A DNA stretch of 64,000 nt, taken from Chrysomallon squamiferum. Lineage: Eukaryota > Animalia > Mollusca. This document shows positions 1 through 14,267 of this stretch, piece after piece. Location of the stretch: assembly GCA_012295275.1 (NCBI GenBank), contig CM022672.1:10230001-10294000 (forward strand), written 5' to 3'. The notes beneath the pieces are model-generated. The model saw only the letters and a list, made by a program, of their open reading frames with translations. It was not told where the DNA came from and ran no database searches. The position numbers were made by a program, and so were the translations under genes. Positions within the stretch are counted from its first letter, which is position 1, and each line of letters starts with the position of its first letter.

Positions 1-671
1 ATTTCTTCTGTCTGTGGGTAAGTGTTGTGGTGTGTTCCACAAGGGCATCTTGTAGTGTAAATTTGTTCTTTTTATTTGGTTTTGTTTTGTTTGTCACCTT
101 GTGACCCAAAAAACAACAACAAATGTTTTTTTTTTTTTTAAATAATTAAAAAAATAAAATTAATTAATTAAAAAAACAAAACAATATATATATACTATGT
201 TGTAATATTGATCCTCTAAGTTATTTTATAAAGTCACACACACACACACACACACACACAAAAACATATTTTTATTTTATATAATATTACAATACATTTT
301 ATACATGCACAAAACAGAATTAAAACCATTCTTTGTTTATTAACCCAGAGAGCTGGAAACCTCTAGCCAAAGAGCTGAAGACAAATGGACATGTTCTGGT
401 TCCTGTTAGTGAAAACTTGGTGGACCTTGTCTGGGATAATCGACCTCCACCTCCAAATAATACTCTTATTACTCTATCCAAAAAATACACTGGTAAGTAA
501 ATTATTTTATATACACATACATATACATATACATATACATGCATGTGTGTGTGTGTGTGTGTGTGTATATGTATATATACAGTTATAATCTACCTGTAAA
601 TGTATAAATATTTATTTCATAATTATAGATGTATTAAAAATAAGGTATACAAATTATATAAAATTATGTAT

Positions 672-715
<44 letters not shown>

Positions 716-3700
716 TATATGTTATTTGTTTGATGTTTACATGCATTAGCTTGATATTGTTCATTGATATAGAAGACTATAGCAGGTTAAAGACAATTCA
801 TATCTTTATTTTAAAAGAGTGTCATATTATATTTAATGTACCAGGTGTTTATTTACCTGAAATAAGCTACATCTTAATTATAACAGCTAAGGTTCTGACA
901 AAAAGTATCAGTCGCATTGCTCAATATACCAACACTACCCAGTATACTTAGATCCTACTTAGATAGCAGTTTGCTGTCTTATTTTTTTATATTAAACTAT
1001 TAGAAGTAGTAGAGGTAATGGTAATAGTAGTGGTAGCAGTAGCAATAGTGGTAGCAATAGTAGTAGTAGTAGTAGCAGCAGCAGCAGCAGCAGTAGTAGT
1101 AACAGTAGAATATCTACTCATAACAGCTTTTTAAAATTATTTTATGTATATTAACTAATATTTTGTCAGGGCTAAGCTGGCAGGAAAAGGTGAAGAAAGT
1201 GAGAGACAAGATGCACACAAAGAAAGCTACAGCCATTGTTATAACCGCCCTAGATGAGGTGGCATGTCAGTAATATTTTTGAGAATATATTCTCATTATT
1301 ATTATTATTATTGCTTTTTAATACTTCAAGAACACTGAAATAAAAGTTAAGTGTTTAACAACACTTCAGCATATTTTCTTCTTATTTTTTTTATTTCAAA
1401 TTAGTAATTAGGAATATATCAATCAGTACACAAGGCTATCTTGATATGTTTTAATATTTATTTTAATAGGTGTAGAATTTGGTTTTAATATAATGATAAT
1501 ATGAGTGAAAAAACTTGTTGCCACTATGTTTTAGGCTTCTCTAATTGATCACCAATAAAGGTTGTTTTATATCCACATTTTGAAAGACTGAAAAACTGAT
1601 TCCTGTAATAAGCCATTCTCGGGTTATTGGTAGGAACAGGATATAGTCCAGTAGGCACAGAGTTGCATTTAAAGCCATTGTTCATCCTACAATTTAATTG
1701 CTTTTAAGGTTTCAGTTTGCATTTTAAAAAGTAAAAAAAAATCAATTAATTTCTCAAAAATTTAATTACATGTCTTAATACCGTGGTTATGATTTTAAAA
1801 ACTATTTCTCTAATAAAAAGAGTTAATTACATAAAAGTAAAGATTTATAAAAATGTTAAATGTATTTGGTACTGATGTATTTTCAGGGTTATTCAACCTC
1901 CGAGGATCTGATATAGAATTTAATCCAGTTTTCTATGCCTATGCAGTTGTTACCTTTGATGGTGTTTAGTGAGTAATATTGTTTATATTTTTTCAATGTA
2001 CATGTTTGCTTAACCTGAAAAACATATACCATGGTCTTTGATAAACAACTAATGGAAAACCTGTTGGAGAAAAAAATATTAGCACAGTATAGGCATCAGA
2101 CAGATTAGAACCTGTAACCATTAAAGATAAAGGCTACCAAAAGAAGTGTATGTGTTAAGGAACATTTAATGATGTTATTAAAGAGTTGGTATTAATATCA
2201 TTAATTTATCATTAATATTTGTTGAACAAAATTAATAGCAAAAAAATAATTGATGATTAAAAACCTTTTCTGTTCTAGTTTATTCATTGATGAAAGTAAG
2301 TTGGATCAGAATGTGAACAGCCATCTGTGTGTTAGTGACACGAAATCCATAGACAGTGAAACGACAGTGGAAATCCATCCATACGAAGATGTCAACAGCT
2401 TCATAGCCTGTTTAGCTGAAACCACCGACGGTAAAATATGGGTCAGTTGTGCAGATGCATTTTTACTTACAAATCAGAAACATAATTTTTATTTTTATAT
2501 TTTTATTTGTTTTATATTTTTTTTATATAAACTAACCATTTGTTTTTTTATTTGGTATTTTTCGTATTTATCATACTTCATAAACCATCATTTTTGAAGT
2601 ATCATTTAGAGGAGTATATTTTTTATAAAACCTGTATTATAAGGTAATACAGAATAACAATAACAACCAATAATAATAACAATGTGTAAATAATAGTTAT
2701 TATATTTTCAGATTAGTGAAAAATCTAGTCATGGAATAGCCAGCCTTATACCAAAGGTGGGTGAAACATATAACATTATATCATATTATATTGTTTAGAT
2801 ATCATTTTCTTTTATTCCTTAGTAATTAATCACAGTAATTGATGCTTCATTTTAAATTCAATACAAACATATTTTCTGTAATATTTTAAAATATTTTTTC
2901 CATCAATATTACGTTTATTAACAATTATTATATGCTAACAAACATTTTTAGAAAAAAAAATACAAAAACAAAAACAAAAACAAAAAAAAAAAAACAATCT
3001 GAAAACTAAATGAATAATACTGAAAAAAAAAAAAGATTAGTTAAAAAGATAAACGTTAATTAATATATTTTAATTTTTTAAAATTTTTATATTTGTTTTT
3101 TTTAGATTAAATGCAATATTTCTGTTTACGCTAGAATGCTAGTGTTGTTTCAGAAATCACTGAGTACTTTGTTACTTTTCTAGCCAGTTCGACTGATCCA
3201 GACATCTGCAGTGGCTGTTCTTAAATGTGTGAAAAATGAAACTGAGATCAAAGGAGCGAAGAGAGCTCATGTTTGTACAATATTTACTTTACTGATGTTT
3301 TAAAAATCCTGTGATATCTTTTTATTCATTCAATTTACATATTTTGTTTTATTATTTTATTTTTGTTTATTTTAATTTATTTTATTTTATTTTATTTTAT
3401 TTTATTTTATTTTATTTTATTTTATTTTATTTATTTGAAGGAGTAGTTTTCCTCACCTAACATTCTGAGTTACATTATTTTCTATATTTCATCTGAACAG
3501 CAAAATATAACATTAGATATCCTTTGGAAACTGTTGAAAAATTCTTAATTGCATGTCTATAATAAAAGATGTCTCAATAATTTCATTAATAAATAAGGAT
3601 ATATTAGTATCCTGTATACAGTTCATAGATGATTCTGTATTAGAGAAATCTAATATGAACCATCATGAGAATCCAAATTCTTTAAATAAATAATCTTCTT

Positions 3701-4511
3701 TTCTTTTAAAAAAAAAATTCAAAATTTCAAAACAGATCAAAGATGCTGTAGCAATGTGTGAGTTTCTACATTGGTTGGAAAATGAGGTAAATAGTTTTAT
3801 CACTTAATTATCAGTTAATTAAAAAAATCCATTCATTATACCTCAAGTAAAAGCAAATATCTTCTAGCTTAAGAATTGGAAGTTTTCACTCAGAAGCAGT
3901 AAAAACCAAAATAAGTGTCTAATCTCCAGTCATAATTACATGCTCACAACATCAACAACAACAGCAAACAAAAATTCACATTATGTCATTAATACCATTG
4001 TTTATGCAGAAGATGTTTGTTGATAGTTAACCATTGATAAAAAAATTATTTTTGTCAATTATTATACTAAAAAATGCTTTCTAATTCACTCATGTTTTTC
4101 TTATTATTTTTTATTACAGGTTCCGAAAGGAACAGTAACTGAAGTCTCAGCAGCTGACAAAGTTGCCAAACTTAGGAGGTAGGTTTTATTATTAATCAAA
4201 AGAATCAAATTATTATTAATCAATTTGTTATTAATGTTGTTGCCATTCTTACAATCATCATCATCACAATCATTATTATTAATTTACATTTGTTCCATTA
4301 TGTATGTTTTGTAATTTATTATTATTATTCTTTTTACTCATTATTATTATTATTATTATTAATTCAGATTTAAAATTTAATTCTGTTTTATTATGTATCT
4401 GTTTAATTAATTTCTATTATTATTATTAAATCAAATTTAAAATGTAATTCTGTTGTATTACTAGTATATATTTGTTAAATTTATTTCTGTTGATGTGTTG
4501 TTATTATTATT

Positions 4512-4551
<40 letters not shown>

Positions 4552-5859
4552 TGTCTTTGTATATTTATTTTTATTCTTAATAATACGTTTGGCTAGGTTT
4601 TTTTGAACAAACTGCTTCTCCATGTTGTTATTATTTACTTCAGTCAACAAGATGACTTTATGAGTCTTAGCTTTGACACAATTTCCAGTATAGGAAGTGA
4701 TGCAGCCATTATACATTATAAGTAAGTCTGTCTTAATTTATTTGAGATTATTGTTGATGACAAATGAGAAACTGAAAATGAATGATAAAACAAGAGTTAA
4801 TAAATAATACATTTTTCAACTGATTAATGAAATATGTTTTCTTGTCTTTTAATTATTGAATTGAGTTCATGTTATTTAAAAACATTTAATATAATAAAGA
4901 TTCTTTTTCAGTAAAACAATAACATATATTTACATTATATATTTTGTACAGTTTTCTCCATAAATTATTTAACATTATTATTAAAGTTTTATTTTTATTT
5001 TAGACCAACACAAGAAAGTGACAAACCAATAACAACAGATCAGATTTACCTGTGTGATTCTGGGGCTCAGTACAAGTAAACTTTCATTTTCATTTTCATT
5101 CTTCAAAAGATTTTGTTTTTGTTGGTGGATTATTTTAATGAGATTGTTGTTTGTTAATTTGTTTGTCTGTTTTATTTTATTTTATTTCATTTCATTTCAT
5201 TTAATTTTTTTTTTTTTTTTTTTTTTCTTATCTGCTTTTTAAAATAATAATGATAATATGGTTAGAGAGAAGAGCAATTATCATTCTTTTCTTTCAGATA
5301 CCTTAATAATACTGTTTATCTGTAAATTCAGTATGCACATAAAAAAACAATGAAATCTCAGGATAGTATTTTCATACCAGTTTTACACTGTGTTCATTTT
5401 CAGTACAATATAGAATTTAATAATTACTTGTGATCTGCTTTTTACTTTTGAAGGGATGGCACCACTGACATTACAAGAACTATACATCTCGGCACTCCAT
5501 CAAAATATGAACAGGTAATGAAATAAACTTTCCATTAACAAACCAGTGAATATTAAATCTTAAAAATATTTTGGTTAGTGTCAGATGTACATGGTCAGTT
5601 CAGTGATGATATCAGAGAACTGAGTTACAGCTTCATAATATCACTCAGGATTTCTTTCTCTCTTTTTTTTTGAGATTTTGTTGAAATCAGAAACATTTTT
5701 CTAAAAAGTTTGAATCATAACATTTACCTCTTTTAGGAAAATATGTTTATTTAATTTTTCAATTATTTAAGACCAGACCAGAATAGAAAGAGGACAAAAA
5801 TAATTTCTGAGCAGTTTTTGATTTGCATGTATCATTTGAACCAAGAGAGAGAGAGAGTC

Positions 5860-5894
<35 letters not shown>

Positions 5895-6435
5895 TTTTTT
5901 TTTTTTTTTTCTGTAGCTTTCATATTATGTAAAAATTCAAATTTAAAAATTAGGCTGCTGGCACCTGCTGTTATATGTTTGCAAGAGTTAAGACATAATG
6001 TTAATAACTTTATATTTACTTCAGGAATGTTTCACACGAGTTCTAAAGGGACACATTAGACTGGCAACAACAGTTTTTCCAAATGAGATAAAAGGTACAT
6101 TTGCCTTGTTTTCAGTTTTTAAAGTAGATGTGATTTTAGAAAGCCAAACCTCCTGAAAGTAGGCGTCTGCTTATAAACCTTTGGTTCATTATCTTGCAAT
6201 TTTAATTTTTTCTATCATAGCAGTGTTTGTATTTTCATCAATACATTAATTTCTTAACTGACAAAATTTAGTTTGATGAAATTAGTTTGAAATATTATTA
6301 TTACATATTATATTTAATATTTATATTTGCAGATACAGAAGTGAGTTATACTATTAAAAAACCCCACATTCATGCATATCTCATGCACCCCTACACACAC
6401 ATACACACACTAATACATATATATATATATATATA

Positions 6436-6496
<61 letters not shown>

Positions 6497-6765
6497 GTGG
6501 CAAATGTATTCCGACATATTTATTGTAATATTATTTACAGGACACTGTCTGGATACACTGGCTAGAACTGCTCTGTGGGAAGCAGGGTTAGAGTATCTAC
6601 ATGGCACTGGACATGGTGTAGGATCTTTCCTTAATGTTCATGAAGGTACACACACTTAACTGTACAAGTAATGGTCTACATTATATATTTAATATTGTTC
6701 ACATAGAACTATTAATATTATTTGATTGAATTACTATTACTATTATTATTATTATATTATTATTA

Positions 6766-6817
<52 letters not shown>

Positions 6818-7364
6818 TGTTATTGTTATACATGCATATTTTATTCATTTCTCTTAATATAATTATTTATTATCACCAACTTCCAAGCACATATTGACTG
6901 TAAATGTCATATGTTTAATCTGTTGTAAAGCAGATATTGATAAATACTCAACTATTAATGACAACAATATTTTAAAAAGTGGTTATTATTATTTTTTTTA
7001 AATGACAGTGTCGTAATTTTTGGGGTATATTACTTGTTTGTTTATTTGTTTATTTTTTCTTTATAGGTCCTTGTGGTATCAGTCCCAAATTTTCTGCAAG
7101 TGAAATCCCACTGGAGGCAGGCATGATATTGTCAGATGGTAATGTCCAGAATTTTTAGTATATTTATTGATAATCATGATAGAATTTCTACATTTAGGAT
7201 TCTTAAATGTAGCAGTTAGCAAAAGGGGGATTTCAGTTATCTTTCTTATAGTTCCAGTTTTACCATAAAGACTGTTTTATAAAAATGAACATTTAATTTT
7301 AGATTTTTAGTTGTTCAAAATTGTGTATATAATGCAATACTTGAAAGTAGTAAATTGTTCCAAT

Positions 7365-7416
<52 letters not shown>

Positions 7417-8452
7417 ACAGAATTAAATTAAATAAAAATTTTAAAATTATAAAAATAAAATAAAATAAAATATTACAAATATAGATAGTGGTCATTAACC
7501 TAAACATTTTTCCTCATTCCAAACTGTAAAACAAGAATTAGAATATAGTCTACAGTTGTGAAGAATCATTATAAGAACCATACAGATAAAGAGAGAAAAA
7601 AAAAATTGCCACAATGCTATAGACTGCTCTTTTCTTCTTCTTTTTTTTTAGGCATCAAAAAATCATTGATGTGTATAACAGACTAGCAATTACAATACCA
7701 TAAAAGAGTGTCCTGAAATCAGTGTTTGGATATTGTAATTAGCTTTTGCATCACGTTATTACTGGAACACTAAAAGTTTGTTTTAATTCATTCTGGGATA
7801 CTGTATTAGTATTAGAACATAAAAGCAATTGTTTTATTGAGTTCTGTGACATCCCGTGATATTTTGTTTTTTCAGAACCTGGCTATTATGAAGAAGGAAA
7901 GTTTGGAGTGAGAATAGAAAATGTAGTTCTTGTGGTTAATAAAGAGACAAAGGTACAAATAAAGTTGCTTGAAAATTTATACAACATTTTCACATGCATT
8001 AAGGAAGAACTGATTTCTTTTTATTTATGGGCCTAATGTTTAATTAATTTTTTATTTATTTAATTTTTTTTTTTCAGTTAAGGTGTCCTAATTTTCCATC
8101 GATTTAACATTCTATTTCAGTACAATTTCAAGAACCGTGGTTTTCTAACTTTTGAGCCTCTCACACTAGTACCAATTCAGATCAAGATGATTGACCCAGC
8201 CTTACTCACCCAGGAAGAGGTAAATTTTAATGAAATTGTCAGAGAATCTTTCCTTATCAAGATGACATAAAAATTATGAGAAAAAACAGCTAAAATTAAA
8301 AGAACAGATGTAGAACAGATGTAGATGAATGGAATCACTTGTTGTTATTATAACTATTATTATTATTATTATCATAATTTTAAAGGTTTTATTCTAATTT
8401 GTGAAAAAAGAAATTATTTAGATTATATTAATATTCATTATTATCATTATTG

Positions 8453-8526
<74 letters not shown>

Positions 8527-8653
8527 GTTACAGATAGACTGGCTGAATGATTACCATGCAACCTGTCTTCAAGTGGTTGGTGAAGAACTAAAATCACAAG
8601 GAAGAACTCAAGCGTTAAAATGGCTAACAAACAACACACAGCCGATTGGATAA
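1..8653 (+). CDS. XPNPEP1: Xaa-Pro aminopeptidase 1 (cytosolic aminopeptidase P, M24B), 5'-truncated by the window edge; 18 exons visible
   Basis: Exons are GT-AG flanked and phase-consistent: <1-17, 349-492, 1170-1265, 1887-1968, 2279-2441, 2712-2756, 3184-3270, 3736-3786, 4120-4178, 4644-4721, 5004-5075, 5454-5514, 6025-6094, 6541-6645, 7067-7138, 7876-7952, 8121-8219, 8534-8653 (TAA). The translation contains [96 protein letters not shown] and FEPLTLVPI, with the metal ligands intact. The C-terminus [10 protein letters not shown] has no GPI signal, matching XPNPEP1 rather than XPNPEP2. Confidence 0.96.
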
Positions 8654-9956
8654 CAACAGATGACCTAATTCAACAAAAATAACAATTCAGAACCAAAATA
8701 AAAACTGAAAAAAAAAAAATGTGCACATCTCATAAGGAAAATATCTGGTATCTCAGAGTAAGGAAAAAAAGAAACAATCCCACCCCCAAAATAATTATCA
8801 AATCATTGTGACAGCATTATATATTAACAGTTATATTTAATTTTATAGTTGTGTTTAAGATTTTATTTTACTTTTAATTAATATGGTTTTAATATTTGTT
8901 GAATGAAATTGCAAATCATTCTTTAACAGATGCATTTTTTATATTTAGTGTCAGATTTAAAACTTGTGTTTGACGTTTTGTGAAATAATTTGTGTCAGTG
9001 TCCTTTTCAAAGCATAATGGTATACACATGTATTCTAATTTAACATAATATATTTTGGTTTTATAAACAGTATGTCGTGTTTAATTAATATCATGTCATG
9101 CATTAAAATACAAGGATAAGTTTCCTTAAAAATGAAGATGACTAACGCTTTCTCTTTTTATTAACTTCAGTTATTATTATCAGTTAATTATTTTCAACTA
9201 CAATATTACAACTGAAAAAAACTTTCAGATAATTTTCTGGTTGTTTGTTAAAAGAATTTTATTTATTAGAAAATATTTTCAGTTCAACTATTACAAAGAT
9301 GCAAATGTTCATGGATTCCAAACTTTCTTTGATATTGTTTGCATCAATTAAATAGCTTATTTTTTGGCTATATAAGTATTATACTAAATATCTAGCTTCC
9401 AGAAATCCGACTATATTAAAAACTGGAAAGTTCTGAATGTGAGATGTACAGCACTTTGCCACACTTCTGCTTTGTTTTAATTTTTGATATTTAAACAGCA
9501 TATCAGTTTCATAAGATGGCTGCCGTTTACATTTGTCTTTCTGTATATTTATGTGATCATTTTTCCAAATTTATTATAATTTTTTTTAATAAAACTGTAT
9601 AAAAAACCTGGCGAAAGACAATTCGCTGAAAAGGAAACAGTTTGGGTTCAGTATATTGAAGAAAATAGCTGTTTGTGAATATCAGAAACTTAAAAATATG
9701 GAAATCCAGATGACATCCATTCTCTGATTTACTGGTAAACAGTCTGATATTTGTACTTGATTTCAGACTTTCTTTCTTTTCGCTGAGGAGATTTATCATC
9801 TGTTTTATAAATCAAATCATGTAAGAGATAATAACAGAATTTATGAGTTAATGTCATGAAAAAAAACTTATTTATTATTCCAATTATATTCCTGATTTTG
9901 TATAAGCATCATAAATTTATTATTGTTATTGTAGTAGTAGTAGTAGTAGCAGCAGT

Positions 9957-9988
<32 letters not shown>

Positions 9989-10928
9989 TAGTGGTGGTTG
10001 TAATAGTAGTAAATAATAAAAACAAAGACTGAAACGTTGAAAATTTAATTATTTTAGTAACAGCAAAACAACATTTTTATATAAATAAACGTGCATGACA
10101 TTTTTGTGCACTTAATACTTCCACTGGCATAAAAGGTATATTCAAAGACATAATACTTTAAACATACAAATATTCTTAATTTATTTAAATTTTTGCTCTC
10201 AGTATACACACATTTATACATATATTTACAAATAATAAATAAGTTTACATATATATATATACAAGACATGGTTTAAAATATTGAATTACTGTACAACTTT
10301 GCAAAACAATTAAAAGTATTGCTGTAATGAGTTTGATATTTAAACATTTTTCATTCACCAAAATAGTTACATAAAGAAAACACTCAAATATGAGGTAATG
10401 GCAGTTTTCCATAGCATAGAATACTCCATAAGAATTATAAGTTTATTGTTACCTTTTATTACACTTCTAATAAAAAATACTTTAATACTATAAATGAAGA
10501 CATTTTTTGTTCAGAGCCATTTTAGAAAAAAATTACTTAACAAACTTCAAAACTAAATATAAAATAATAATTGATGTAAGAAACATAAAGAAAATTAAAT
10601 TAAAAAATCAGGTTTTGGTCATAAATGAAATAAATATTTTCTGTTTCTCTTATTTAAATCTGAAGATGCACAAATGTTTCTATTTTTTTTCAATGAATGG
10701 TGAAAACTCTTAGCAAGATATCGTCCCTAAAACTGTGCCTATCTTGTCAGATTTTAAAAAATGTGTGTTATTTTATTTTTATTTATTTCATTTAAAAAAA
10801 AAAATTCATATTGTTGTTGTGGATGTTTGGTTGGAATTTGTTTGTTTGCTTTCTTCACCTTTTCACATGGCTCTGAATAAAAAGAATTTGGTTTCAATGT
10901 TAAGCAGACTGGGATTTCTATCAATCTA

Positions 10929-11452
10929 TTAATCACTCTCATTGCCTTCATCTTCTGCTTCATTCAGAATATCTCTGGTGATTTCATTCATTAATCTGTT
11001 ATGAATGAATGGTCTTTCACCATCTGTTTCGTCAACAACAGAACCCACAAATATGTACTCCAACCCCTGAAATAATAAATTTATCAAACTTTGTTTTTAT
11101 TTCATAATAACTGTTATTTTAATTATTACTATATAATTTATCTTTATATATATTTATCCATTTTTTATTTTTTGGGGTTTTGGGGGGTTTTTTTATTATT
11201 AATTTTTATTGTTTTCAGTGAAAAAACCCCAATTAATATGGAGATACACTATTTGTTCACTGAGATAAATACTCCATTAAAAACAACAACATACAGATGG
11301 TTGGTAATGACTAATAATATTATTCTGATATTACATGTTGACCTATTAAATTTTAATCATTATGTTTTGAAACAAAATTAATAAAGCTCACTGAATTGTG
11401 TACTAAGCAAAAATACCATATATATTAAATAAATAAATAAGCAAATAAATAA

Positions 11453-11483
<31 letters not shown>

Positions 11484-12236
11484 AATATCTTATAGGTGAG
11501 TTACCTTCCAGTGATCTGGTTTTATAATAATCTGGTTGTCACGGAGATCAAACTTTGTGAGATGAGACAGTTCAAGAATTGTGTCATCAGGAACCTCCCA
11601 CACTTGATTTCCTTTCATCAGAAGAACTGTCAGGTTAGTCAAATCCATCACTTGACTAGGAATTTCACAAAGCTGATTGTAGTTCAAGTCCAGATATGTC
11701 AGCCTGTTCATGCCCTTAAAATCTACTGAAAGGTTTCTGAAACAATTGCTTGCCAAACACAACCACGTAAGTTGTGTGAGACTGGCAAACTGATCAGGTA
11801 GTGTAGAGAGATGGTTATTTCTCAAGCTCAGTTTCTGCAGGTTGTTGAGTAGACCAATTTCTGAAGGAATATCCTCAAGCTGACACTCGACCAGCCAAAG
11901 CTGGGTTAGTTTCGTCAAACATCCTATCTCAGAAGGAATGACTCCCAAAGGATTGTAACATGCGCTGAGATATACAAGTGTTGACAGTTTGCCTATTCCT
12001 GTCGGAAGCATGGTCAGCTGATTGTTGTCTAGAACAAGCTCTTGCAGTTTGGGCAGATTACTCAGCTCAGATGGTGACACCAGCAGCTTGTTGTCATTCA
12101 AGTACAGCTTGCGAACATTTGAAAGTTTTCCTATGTCTTCTGTCACAATGGTTAGACCTCTGTGACTAAGGTTGACCACTTCATGTCCATATTCTGCTGC
12201 ATTTTTTATAATCTGTTCTACTTCCCACAGGTCCAT
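10929..12236 (-). CDS. Leucine-rich-repeat-only protein (289 aa; about 9-10 23-residue LRRs plus an acidic C-terminal tail)
   Basis: Coding exon 12236-11505 reads MDLWEVEQIIKNAAEYGHEVVNLSHRGL...LxxLxLxxNxL repeats...KPDHWK and ends at a gtaact donor. Exon 11066-10929 (cag acceptor) encodes GLEYIFVGSVVDETDGERPFIHNRLMNEITRDILNEAEDEGNESD*. No signal peptide or TM helix. Orthology not assignable by eye. Confidence 0.88.
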
Positions 12237-12751
12237 GCTTTTAAAAACTGGTCATAATCTTAATATGCATCATGTTTTTTTACTTCACATTTCTGAATGC
12301 CTTAGATCATTGTCAATGGACCAAAGTTATCAACTGAAAATGCCAGAAACAGAAATCAAATTAGAAGAGCAAATAAAAGCCTCACCCATCAATTTGTTGG
12401 TAAAAGCACAGTTACAAGAAAATTATATATCAATAATTCATAGCATGTTAGTTAATATTTAAATCTTAGAGTGAACATTACCATCTGCATCCACCCTCTT
12501 TATTATAGTTAGACAACAAATAACAAAATTGATTTTACGGCCTCTAATCTGTCTGAGGTCCTGCTTAGTGTTAAACAAATATGTCCTTGAAAAATTACTT
12601 TGAATATAAATGCACTTGTTTTCTGATACTTCAAACTGTTTGGACTGTAATTAGAATTGATTAGGCCTAGTATGTTATTATGCATCTAAAAATAAATTTT
12701 AAGTTTCATTAATCAGTTATTTATCATTTTTAATCGGTTTTTGAATTTGTT

Positions 12752-12812
<61 letters not shown>

Positions 12813-13001
12813 CAATAATTCTACACTATTTTATTTGAAATTGCTGACGATTTAAGTTAAGTTGACATGATTATGTTATTTTCATCAGTTTCAATTTTAG
12901 ATCATAAGAAAGGAAAACAAATGTAGAAACATTAAATTTTTAAAACACTGTCGGTGAACAAAATATCCGGCAAGATCAAAATTTAATTACATACAGCTTA
13001 C

Positions 13002-13095
13002 TCAGTGATCGTGTGAAATAATTTTTTTATTTCAGCGTCCCTGACATCAGTAACTCAAAAGAGATTTTGTTGACAAGATAGAGTTACTTCCCTTA
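13002..13095 (-). promoter_or_regulatory. Putative non-coding first exon and core promoter of the LRR gene
   Basis: A minus-strand donor (TGA|gtaagc at 13002/13001) pairs with a good acceptor (tttctggcattttcag, exon starting 12333) upstream of the ATG. The sequence here is CpG-containing and complex. The TSS is not determinable. Confidence 0.5.
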
Positions 13096-13147
13096 AAATT
13101 TGAGGAAATAATTCCATTTCATAGTTAAGCACTGAATAAAATAAAAT

Positions 13148-13209
<62 letters not shown>

Positions 13210-13256
13210 ATGTGTGAATGTAAATGTATGTGTGTGTATTTATTTTTAATTGAAAA

Positions 13257-13312
<56 letters not shown>

Positions 13313-13350
13313 GTTATTTATTTATTTATTTATTATTTCTTTTATTTTCA

Positions 13351-13381
<31 letters not shown>

Positions 13382-14226
13382 TCATCTTTCTTTTTTTTCT
13401 CGTGATTATGACAAAGGTATACACACGTGATACCAACACACGGGAATTTCCTGGATGAATCATCCAACATCCTCGTTATTGTTGTTTTTCTAAGGTTAAG
13501 ATCAAATTTTGACTTTTTAAAAATATATCCCTGTTGTCTCTTATTTCCTTTATTTGTAAACTAGATTTCCCAAGATTTGTCTTGGAAAACGACGCTCACA
13601 AATAAAAAGATGACTTGAAGTGTCCCGAGTTTCCCCAAAACGTGACCATATATTAAAATACCCTATCTACTGCTCCCACTCTGCTGGAAGGTGCATATTA
13701 AACAAATCAATTAATCGATAACACCAGTATTAGAATTGCCCATAGTGGATAATTTATCTCATTTAATATAATAATTATGTTTTAATAACTTATAATAATA
13801 AAGTAATGTCCGTTTGATCTTTATTAATCCACGTAATACTGAACGCTAAATGTTTCCTTTTTTCCTTTCCACTAGCAAGTTGCGTTTCTGCTGGCCTTTT
13901 AGACATGGTTATAAATGAAAATTATAACAAATAACCATGTAACTGTGAGAGGATCATCCACATACCACAGTAGTACGCCGTGGAAAACAAAACAAAACGG
14001 CCGCGCTTCGAACTCCAGCCAGCCTCCGAAATTCAAAACTTGCCAGCTTGAAAAATAGCCTGTTTCCTGGTATTTACGGATTTCAAGAGGTTCGGTATCT
14101 GTAATACATAATTAAAATAAATTTTTGGCAGACCCATAACAAAGTAACAACACTCATAAAAGTGCATTACAACTTACATCTGGGGTAACTTACATCTGGA
14201 AAAAAAACATGAACGAACACAAATAG

Positions 14227-14267
<41 letters not shown>

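Noticed and set aside
11496-12462. Plus-strand ORFs overlapping the LRR exon
   Set aside because: Antisense shadows with no recognisable motifs.
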